A stretch of 34,075 nucleotides of DNA, from contig CALPNL020000001.1 of the NCBI GenBank assembly GCA_943324925.2, positions 1 through 34,075 of the forward strand. The letters are read 5' to 3'. The notes under the pieces are model-generated. The model did no database searches. It worked only from the letters and a program-made list of their open reading frames with translations, and was not told where the DNA came from. Position 1 is the first letter of the stretch, and each line of letters opens with the position of its first letter. The DNA comes from Chitinophaga pinensis (lineage in GTDB: Bacteria > Bacteroidota > Bacteroidia > Flavobacteriales > Flavobacteriaceae). This document shows positions 10,091 through 17,842 of the stretch, in pieces. The translations under genes were made by a program, and so were the position numbers.

Positions 10091-11209
10091 ATGAAATACT
10101 ATATAATTGCAGGAGAAGCCTCAGGAGATTTACACGGTTCAAATTTGATGAAGTCTTTATATAGAGAAGATCAAAACGCTGAAATTCGTTTTTGGGGCGG
10201 TGACTTAATGCAATCCGTTGGAGGTACTTTAGTAAAGCATTATCGGGATTTGTCATTTATGGGGTTTCTTGAAGTGGCGCTGAATTTAAAAACTATTTTA
10301 AACAATATAAAAATCTGCAAAAAAGATATTCTAGAATTCCAGCCTGACGTTTTAGTTTTTATAGATTATCCGGGATTTAATATGAGAATTGCTAAGTGGG
10401 CTAAAAAATTAGGAATGAAAACTCACTATTACATTTCACCTCAAATTTGGGCTTGGAAAGAAAATAGAATTAAAGATATTAAGCGTGACATTGATAAAAT
10501 GTATGTAATTTTGCCATTCGAAAAGGATTTTTATGAGAATAAACATCATTACGAAGTGGAATTTGTTGGACATCCATTAATTGACGCTATTCAAAATCGA
10601 ACTCCAACTAATGATATTGAATTTAGAAAAGAAAACAACTTAAGCGATAAGCCAATAATAGCAATTTTACCTGGAAGTAGAAAGCAAGAAATTACTAAAA
10701 TGTTAAGTGTAATGCTAAGTGTTGCAGCTGATTTTCCTGATTATCAGTTTGTAATTGCGGGTGCTCCTAGTCAAGAATATTCTTTTTACTCTACTTTTTT
10801 AATTTCAAATAATTGTCATTTTATTTCAAATAAAACATACGACTTACTAAGTGTTTCCTATGCTGCTTTGGTAACCTCGGGAACAGCAACTTTAGAAACT
10901 GCACTTTTTAAAGTACCAGAAGTGGTATGTTACAAAGGGAGTTGGCTTTCATACCAAATTGCAAAAAGAATTGTAACTTTAAAATACATTTCTCTAGTAA
11001 ATTTAATTATGGATAAAGAAGTGGTTACCGAGTTGATTCAAGAAAAGTGTAATGCTAATTCAATTAAAATAGAACTCCAAAAACTATTAGATTCAAAATA
11101 CAGAAATAAGGTACTAGAAAATTACAATGCCTTAGAATTAAAATTAGGTGGTATTGGAGCAAGTCAAAAAACTGCAAAACTAATTGTTAATAATCTTCAG
11201 AAAATCTGA
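10091..11209 (+). CDS. lpxB: Lipid-A-disaccharide synthase
   Basis: MKYYIIAGEASGDLHG, IDYPGFN, PQIWAWK, ILPFE, FVGHPL, LPGSR, SGTATLE. Start set at MKYY (10091); the alternative is the ATG at 10082. Confidence 0.95.
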   Translation: MKYYIIAGEASGDLHGSNLMKSLYREDQNAEIRFWGGDLMQSVGGTLVKHYRDLSFMGFLEVALNLKTILNNIKICKKDILEFQPDVLVFIDYPGFNMRIAKWAKKLGMKTHYYISPQIWAWKENRIKDIKRDIDKMYVILPFEKDFYENKHHYEVEFVGHPLIDAIQNRTPTNDIEFRKENNLSDKPIIAILPGSRKQEITKMLSVMLSVAADFPDYQFVIAGAPSQEYSFYSTFLISNNCHFISNKTYDLLSVSYAALVTSGTATLETALFKVPEVVCYKGSWLSYQIAKRIVTLKYISLVNLIMDKEVVTELIQEKCNANSIKIELQKLLDSKYRNKVLENYNALELKLGGIGASQKTAKLIVNNLQKI

Positions 11210-11224
11210 TAAGAAATAATTACA

Positions 11225-11232
11225 TAAATTTG
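11225..11232 (+). promoter_or_regulatory. Internal promoter -7 box for NlpC/P60-comEC
   Basis: TAAATTTG in the 36-nt gap after lpxB, 13 nt before the TTG start. Confidence 0.5.
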
Positions 11233-11245
11233 CAAAAAAATATCC

Positions 11246-11911
11246 TTGAGAAATCTCCTTCCACTTTTACTCTTATTCGTCATTTTTACAAGTTGCAAAA
11301 CAACTTCAGTGATAGTTACGTCTAAATCAGAGGCAGAAAAACAAGGTCTGTATAAAAAGCCTGAAAATGCAGTCACTGCTAAACCAGAAAAGAAAAAAAA
11401 GAAGGTTTTAGAAAAAGTAGAGCCAATAACTCCAGAAACACCTCCGAAAAAAGACCTGAGAATTAGGTTAAGCACCGATGAAAATTCAGAAGATTTTATT
11501 ATAAATACCACCAATTCCAGTTATTTGGTTGAACAATTAATTAATGCTGCATCAGCAAATTTAGGAGCGCGTTATAGAAGTGGCGGTTCAACTCCTGAAG
11601 GCTTTGATTGCTCCGGTTTAATGTTTTTTACATTTAACAAATTCGATATTATTTTACCCCGATCGTCCAATGAAATGTCTAATTTAGGTTCTGTATTGAA
11701 TCTAAGTGAAGTTAGAAAAGGAGATCTCATCTTCTTTAAAACAAATGGCCGAAAAATAATCAACCATGTCGGAATGGTCGTTGAAGTTCTGGAAGATGAA
11801 ATTAAGTTCATCCATTCAGCAACATCAAAAGGCGTAATAATATCGTCAACTAAAGAGCCTTACTACAAAAGAACTTTTACCCAAGTAAATAGAGTCTATT
11901 CTTCATTTTAA
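11246..11911 (+). CDS. NlpC/P60 (C40) peptidoglycan endopeptidase lipoprotein, MepS/Spr-like
   Basis: TTG start; lipobox FTSC; Lys/Glu/Pro-rich linker; GFDCSG, GDLIFF, NHVG and FIHS giving the Cys-His-His triad. Confidence 0.9.
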   Translation: MRNLLPLLLLFVIFTSCKTTSVIVTSKSEAEKQGLYKKPENAVTAKPEKKKKKVLEKVEPITPETPPKKDLRIRLSTDENSEDFIINTTNSSYLVEQLINAASANLGARYRSGGSTPEGFDCSGLMFFTFNKFDIILPRSSNEMSNLGSVLNLSEVRKGDLIFFKTNGRKIINHVGMVVEVLEDEIKFIHSATSKGVIISSTKEPYYKRTFTQVNRVYSSF

Positions 11912-11940
11912 TGTTGGAATAAAAAGACTACATTAGGAGA

Positions 11941-13977
11941 ATGAAAATACTTCATTTCCCTTTAATGAAAATAACCATCTGGTTTATATTAGGAATTGTA
12001 TTTTCCTACTATCTCAATCCAAAGCCATCCACTACTTTCCTAATTACAGGACTATTTTTCGTTCCGTTTATATTAACTTTATTTTTTGCGAGAAGAGATT
12101 TTATTCAAAAAATATATTTTGGATTTGCTACGTATTTATTGTTTTTCCAAATTGGATCTTGCACTCAAGTAATTCATAATGAATTTTACAACGAAGACAA
12201 TTACATCCATTTAATTAAAAATGAAACTGATTATCATAGTGTTGAGTTAGTATTGCGTGAAAAACTGAAAGGAAATTCTTCTATTAATAAATACATTGGA
12301 TTAGTTAAACGATTGGACAACAAGGCGTGTTCTGGAAAAATACTAGTGCAAATTCCAAATACAAAAGTAAATTCTAGAATTCATATAGGAAGTACTATTC
12401 AGATTAAAGGTAAAGTTATTTCAAATAAAAAATCATTAAACCCAAATCAATTTGATTATGGTAAATATTTGAACAACAAATCCATTTTTGCTCAAATTTA
12501 TGCCAAAACGAATTCTATAAAAATTGGTGATAAAATTGACAGAAATATTTGGTATTATTCCGATCATCTTAGAAATATAATAATAGCCAACTTGGAAAAA
12601 AATAATTTTTCTAAGGATGAACTACAGGTAGTTAGCGCACTTATTTTGGGACAACAGCAAGACATTTCTAAAGAAATTTTAAAGGATTATCAGTATGCAG
12701 GGGCAATTCACATTTTGTCTGTTTCTGGCCTGCATGTAGGATTCATTTTGTTGTTTATTACTTTTCTATTAAAACCACTTCCAAAAAATAAAATAGGAAA
12801 TACCACTCGATTGTTGACAATAATTTTTAGTCTCTGGGGATTTGCAATTTTGGCGGGACTTTCGCCATCTGTAGTTCGTTCGGTAACTATGTTTTCATTT
12901 GTTGCAGTAGGAATGTATTTGAAAAGGAGCACCAATATTTTTCACACTTTATTGGTTTCAATGTTTCTTATTTTGTTTTTTCAACCTTCTTTTTTATTTG
13001 ATGTTGGATTCCAACTAAGTTATTTATCCCTGTTTTTCATCTTATGGCTTCAACCTTTAATTTCCAATCTCTGGATGCCAAAAAATAAAATTGTTTCCTA
13101 CTTTTGGGACATCTTAACAGTGTCGTTTGCAGCACAAATCGGGGCTTTCCCATTGAGTATTTTTTATTTTCATCAATTTCCTGGTTTGTTTTTTATTACC
13201 AATCTAATTATTATTCCTTTTTTAATTCTAATTATGGGATTGGGAGTTCTGGTAATGGTGTTGGCAGCTTTTGATTTTGTGCCTATGATAACGATGAAGT
13301 CACTAGAATTTTGTCTCTATTTCCTGAACAAAATTATCAATTGGGTAGCGTCATTTGAGCAATTTATTATCAAGGATATTCCAATTAATTGGCAAACTTT
13401 ATTTTGTTTGTACCTTTTAATTATTGCAGTTGTTGTTTTATTAAAAAAACCTAACTATCCAAAAATTGTCGTTGCATTATTCAGCTTGTTACTATTTCAA
13501 TCTACGCTATTGGCAACCCGCTGGGAAATTCAAAATCAACACGAGTGGATTATTTTTAATAGTTGGAAAAATACGCTCATTACAGAGAGAAATGGAAATA
13601 AAGTTACGGTTTATGGAAATGATAGTATTACTCATAAAATTGCTTCAAACACCGCTTTAAAATCGTATTTAATTGCCAACAATAGCAAAGTAACTGAAAT
13701 CAATAAAATTCAAAATTTGTATTATTTCAAAGATAAAAAGATAATAGTGATTGATAGTTTTGGGGTTTATTCGAAAGAAATAAATCCAGATATTGTTATT
13801 TTAAGACAATCGCCAAAAATAAATCTTGAGCGCTTAATTGAAATAAATCGTCCAAAATTGATTGTGGCGGATGCTTCCAATTATAAAACAACTATCTTAC
13901 TTTGGAAATCGATTTGCATAAAAAAGAAAATCCCTTTTCATGCAACTGTAGAAAAGGGATTTTATAGTGTAAACTAA
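11941..13977 (+). CDS. comEC: ComEC/Rec2 family competence membrane protein
   Basis: N-terminal TMs, OB-fold region ending NPNQFDYGKYL, competence-domain motifs HILSVSGLHVG, SPSVVRS, GFQLSY. Confidence 0.88.
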   Translation: MKILHFPLMKITIWFILGIVFSYYLNPKPSTTFLITGLFFVPFILTLFFARRDFIQKIYFGFATYLLFFQIGSCTQVIHNEFYNEDNYIHLIKNETDYHSVELVLREKLKGNSSINKYIGLVKRLDNKACSGKILVQIPNTKVNSRIHIGSTIQIKGKVISNKKSLNPNQFDYGKYLNNKSIFAQIYAKTNSIKIGDKIDRNIWYYSDHLRNIIIANLEKNNFSKDELQVVSALILGQQQDISKEILKDYQYAGAIHILSVSGLHVGFILLFITFLLKPLPKNKIGNTTRLLTIIFSLWGFAILAGLSPSVVRSVTMFSFVAVGMYLKRSTNIFHTLLVSMFLILFFQPSFLFDVGFQLSYLSLFFILWLQPLISNLWMPKNKIVSYFWDILTVSFAAQIGAFPLSIFYFHQFPGLFFITNLIIIPFLILIMGLGVLVMVLAAFDFVPMITMKSLEFCLYFLNKIINWVASFEQFIIKDIPINWQTLFCLYLLIIAVVVLLKKPNYPKIVVALFSLLLFQSTLLATRWEIQNQHEWIIFNSWKNTLITERNGNKVTVYGNDSITHKIASNTALKSYLIANNSKVTEINKIQNLYYFKDKKIIVIDSFGVYSKEINPDIVILRQSPKINLERLIEINRPKLIVADASNYKTTILLWKSICIKKKIPFHATVEKGFYSVN

Positions 13978-13979
13978 CT

Positions 13980-14441
13980 TTATTTCTTTTTCAAAATACC
14001 ATTTGCGGTATCCAACCAAACTTTAGGTCCACCAGCTAAATATCCGGTAGTCCCTAGTTTGTCAATATTAATTTTTCCCTCGTTTACCGTAGCATTTACA
14101 AACCAAACTGTTGGATATCCTTGAACGGCAAAGAACTGTTGCAATTGATTGTTTTGTTCCGTAATTTCTGGAGCTAAAACAGTTCGTCTTGGAAAATCAA
14201 GTTCTACAAGAACTACATTTTCATTAGCCCATTTTACAAATTCAGGTGTTTTAAAAACCTCTGTTTGAAGTCGAATACACCAACCACACCAATCGCTTCC
14301 TGTAAAAAATAGCAATAATGGTTTTTTAGTTTTCTTAGAAACTTCGATAGCATTTTTAAGATTATTATTCCAAACTAATTCTTGTGCTTCAACTGCATAA
14401 GAACCAAAAATAAACAAGAGTGCTATAAGTGCTTTTTTCAT
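13980..14441 (-). CDS. Exported thioredoxin-fold protein (DsbH-like)
   Basis: Signal peptide (AVEA|Q), FTGSDWCGWC active site, cis-Pro loop GYPT. Confidence 0.88.
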   Translation of the reverse strand: MKKALIALLFIFGSYAVEAQELVWNNNLKNAIEVSKKTKKPLLLFFTGSDWCGWCIRLQTEVFKTPEFVKWANENVVLVELDFPRRTVLAPEITEQNNQLQQFFAVQGYPTVWFVNATVNEGKINIDKLGTTGYLAGGPKVWLDTANGILKKK

Positions 14442-14493
14442 TTTTATAAATATTAAAATTGATATCTTAAAATAATGGCGAAATATCGGAAAT

Positions 14494-16005
14494 TTATTTG
14501 ACTTCTTGCATTAATTTTTTAACAAAAGGTGAAATTGCTATTAAAATTACACCTGCTAAAAGCGCATAAATTGCTAGTTGTTGGTAGCCATCGGCATAGA
14601 CATTTAGCTTTTCAGAATTAGTTGCATTTTCTGAAGCACTCGCAATATTGGCCCCTAATAACCCTGCAAAATATTGCCCATAAGCACTTGCTAAATACCA
14701 AATCCCCATCATTACAGCTTGAGTTTTATGAGGAGATAATCTAGACATTGCGCTTAATCCAATTGGAGATAAACACAATTCCCCAAAGGTTATAATAAAC
14801 CACCCAAATGTAAATAAATTAAGAGAAGTTTTTCCGGTTGTATCTGCAAAAAATTTGGTGTAATAAAATATCCAAAAACCGCCAGCTAAAAACAAAAAGC
14901 CAAGACCAAATTTCACTACAGTATTGGGTTCTATTTTTCTTTTATTCATCCAAATCCAGAGCAATCCTATGATGGTAGCAAAAATAATCACGAATAATGA
15001 ATTGGCTGAATTATTGACTCCGTTAGGACTAACTTCGAAACCTGCTAAAGTGTTGTCTAAATTATTAACAGCAAATAAACTCAATGAACCTCCACTTTGT
15101 TCAAAGAAAGCCCAAAAGAAAATGGAAAAAATTATCAGAACTAAAGCAGCAAATAATTTTTTATTTTCAGCCAGAGAAAAACTTCTCATTTCATAAAATA
15201 AATATAATATAGAGGCAGGCCCAATTATCATCATAAAGTAATCCGTATAAACTGTATTGGCAACCATTAAAATAATTGCGGGAATTACTGCCAACGAACC
15301 TATATAGGTAGCCAATTCAATAATTCTTCTTTTTGATTTATCTAAATGTAATAACGGTGAATGTCCAATTACCCCTAAACTCTTTTGTGTTTGTGTAAAT
15401 GTCAGTAAGCTTACAACCATGACAATTGCTGCAAATCCAAAAGCAAAGTTCCATCTTAAATGTTCTGGAACAAATCCACTCCATAATGAACCTTCAGCTA
15501 CAGCAATACAAATGTAACCTCCAATTAAGGCACCTAGATTTACTCCCGCATAAAATAATGAGAATCCAGCGTCTTGCCTTACATCATTTTCTTTATACAA
15601 TTGCCCAACCATTGAAGAAATATTAGGTTTGAAAAAACCTGTTCCTATAATTGTAAAACTGATACCTACGAAAAAAAATTGTTTTGGATCGATGGAAAGA
15701 ATTATACTCCCAACAATCATCAATAATCCTCCCCAAAATAGAGATTTTCTTAATCCAAGGATTTTGTCTGCAAATAAGCCACCAATAAAGGGAAAAGCAT
15801 ATACAAAAGCTTGTGTAGCACCGTATTGCAAATTGGTCGTTTTTTCGTCCATCATTAACTGGTTCACCATAAAAACAGCCAGCATTCCGCGCATGCCATA
15901 AAAGCTAAACCGTTCCCACATTTCACTAAAAAATAAATACCAAAGCTGTTTTGGATATTTCCCTTTAAAGTTCTGAATTTGTTCTAAAGTTAATTCTTGT
16001 GCCAT
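14494..16005 (-). CDS. POT/PTR family proton-dependent di/tripeptide transporter (paralogue 2)
   Basis: EMWERFSFYG (ExxERFxYY), GTGFFKPN, FYAGVNLGA, FEQSGG, ELCLSPIG. Confidence 0.93.
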   Translation of the reverse strand: MAQELTLEQIQNFKGKYPKQLWYLFFSEMWERFSFYGMRGMLAVFMVNQLMMDEKTTNLQYGATQAFVYAFPFIGGLFADKILGLRKSLFWGGLLMIVGSIILSIDPKQFFFVGISFTIIGTGFFKPNISSMVGQLYKENDVRQDAGFSLFYAGVNLGALIGGYICIAVAEGSLWSGFVPEHLRWNFAFGFAAIVMVVSLLTFTQTQKSLGVIGHSPLLHLDKSKRRIIELATYIGSLAVIPAIILMVANTVYTDYFMMIIGPASILYLFYEMRSFSLAENKKLFAALVLIIFSIFFWAFFEQSGGSLSLFAVNNLDNTLAGFEVSPNGVNNSANSLFVIIFATIIGLLWIWMNKRKIEPNTVVKFGLGFLFLAGGFWIFYYTKFFADTTGKTSLNLFTFGWFIITFGELCLSPIGLSAMSRLSPHKTQAVMMGIWYLASAYGQYFAGLLGANIASASENATNSEKLNVYADGYQQLAIYALLAGVILIAISPFVKKLMQEVK

Positions 16006-16020
16006 TATTATAATTGTATT

Positions 16021-16055
16021 AAAAAAACAAACCTACAAGAAATCTTGTAGGTTTG
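16021..16055 (-). terminator. Intrinsic terminator-like hairpin between the two POT genes
   Basis: 13-bp perfect inverted repeat CAAACCTACAAGA-AA-TCTTGTAGGTTTG, followed on the minus strand by T7. Confidence 0.75.
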
Positions 16056-16080
16056 AAAGGTATAAAATATTTCATAATGA

Positions 16081-17775
16081 TTAACGTACGCCGTGCATCA
16101 TTTTTTTCAACATTGGTGTTAATGCAAATAATGTTATTGCAGCAATTCCAGTTAAGACTACAAAAACCATAAAAAATTCGAAAAGGTTATGAATTTCAAA
16201 ACCTACAAATGAAGGATTTACAGTGCTGATTTGATTGTCGGCTAATAACTTCAACTGATCAGCGGTAGGAACGATAGTTTTGTTTAAAACTCCTTGTAAA
16301 TCGACTCCTAGTTCTTGTGCTTTTGCAAATTTATCTCCTGTAGCTGGTAAAATAGATCCTAAAGTTCCTGCTAATGCATAACCTGCTGCATTAGACAAAA
16401 AGAAAACACCAAATAATAATGAAGCGAAACGTTTTGGCGATAATTTACCTACCAATGATAATCCAATTGGTGATAAACATAATTCAGCAAACGTTTGGAT
16501 TAAATACAATAATATTAACCATTTGATACCTAAAAGCCCACTGTTTCCAAGGTCTTTTACATTGTATGCAATAATTAAATAACTCAAAGCAATTAACCCC
16601 AATCCGATAGATTGTTTCACTGGAGAAATAGGCTCTCTGCCATTAGCTCTTAATTTATCCCATAAGATACTAAATGGCAATGCAAAAGCAAATACAAATA
16701 CACCATTAAATACTTGAATCATTGAAGCGGGCATTTTCCAACCGAACATAAAAGTTCTATCCGTTTGATTATCGGCTATAAAAGTCAATGAAGATCCAGC
16801 TTGTTCAAATGCAGCCCAGAAAAAGATGATAAAAAATGCAACAATATAGATTACCAAAATTCTATCTCTTTCCACTTTAGTTAACGAACTATCAGAAATA
16901 ATAAGTCCAGCCAACGTAATTCCACTTGCATAAATAATTGGGTAAATAATGGTTTTAATAAAATTATCTCCATCTAATAAATACTGAAAGATAAAAAATA
17001 AACCGATGAAAGCAACAACAGCTACAACAAGAGAAGTTGTTGAGAAAACCGCTTTTTGAGCTTCTCCTTCTTCATAATCTGAAGCTTCATTTTTAGAAGG
17101 TAATCCTCCTAATGGTTTTCCTTCTGGTGTTACAACATATTTATTTTTTAATACATAAAATACTAAAGTTCCTATTAACATTGCAATTGATGCTGCTAAG
17201 AAACCCCATTTAAATGCATGTACATCTCTTACTCCTCCGCCATCAACAACGTCTCCAACTAATGGACAAATGGTTTGTCCTAAAAAGGCCCCTAAATTGA
17301 TCCCCATGTAGAAAATCGTGAAGGCGGTATCTAATTTGCTTTTTTCTTGTTTTGGATACAAACTTCCTACCATGGAAGAAATATTTGGTTTAAAAAACCC
17401 ATTTCCAAAAATGATAACTCCTAATGCTGACCACATCAAAGTAGTAGCCAAACTTAAATTAGTTCCAAAGACACTTGCACTGGTAAACAACATAAATTGT
17501 CCAGCAGCCATCATTAAACCACCTAATAAAATACAATTTCTATTTCCGAAGAATCGATCAGAAATAAATCCACCCAACATTGGGGTTAAATAACATAGCC
17601 CCAAGAATCCACCATAAATAATTGAAGCATCTGCTTCTTTCATCATTAATGAATTGATTAAAAACAAGGTTAAGATGGCTCTCATTCCGTAGAAATTGAA
17701 ACGCTCCCACATTTCTGTTCCAAATAATACCCAAAGTCCTTTAGGATGTGCTGATTTTACTGCTGTTTCACTCAT
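16081..17775 (-). CDS. POT/PTR family proton-dependent di/tripeptide transporter (paralogue 1)
   Basis: HPKGL, EMWERFNFYG, GNGFFKPN, FYMGINLGA, FEQAGSS, ELCLSPIG. Confidence 0.93.
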   Translation of the reverse strand: MSETAVKSAHPKGLWVLFGTEMWERFNFYGMRAILTLFLINSLMMKEADASIIYGGFLGLCYLTPMLGGFISDRFFGNRNCILLGGLMMAAGQFMLFTSASVFGTNLSLATTLMWSALGVIIFGNGFFKPNISSMVGSLYPKQEKSKLDTAFTIFYMGINLGAFLGQTICPLVGDVVDGGGVRDVHAFKWGFLAASIAMLIGTLVFYVLKNKYVVTPEGKPLGGLPSKNEASDYEEGEAQKAVFSTTSLVVAVVAFIGLFFIFQYLLDGDNFIKTIIYPIIYASGITLAGLIISDSSLTKVERDRILVIYIVAFFIIFFWAAFEQAGSSLTFIADNQTDRTFMFGWKMPASMIQVFNGVFVFAFALPFSILWDKLRANGREPISPVKQSIGLGLIALSYLIIAYNVKDLGNSGLLGIKWLILLYLIQTFAELCLSPIGLSLVGKLSPKRFASLLFGVFFLSNAAGYALAGTLGSILPATGDKFAKAQELGVDLQGVLNKTIVPTADQLKLLADNQISTVNPSFVGFEIHNLFEFFMVFVVLTGIAAITLFALTPMLKKMMHGVR

Positions 17776-17842
17776 TTTTTTTGTTATTAGTTAATTTAGT
17801 TTTTGGTTAATTTGATTGATTATAATTTGATTTAATATACTA

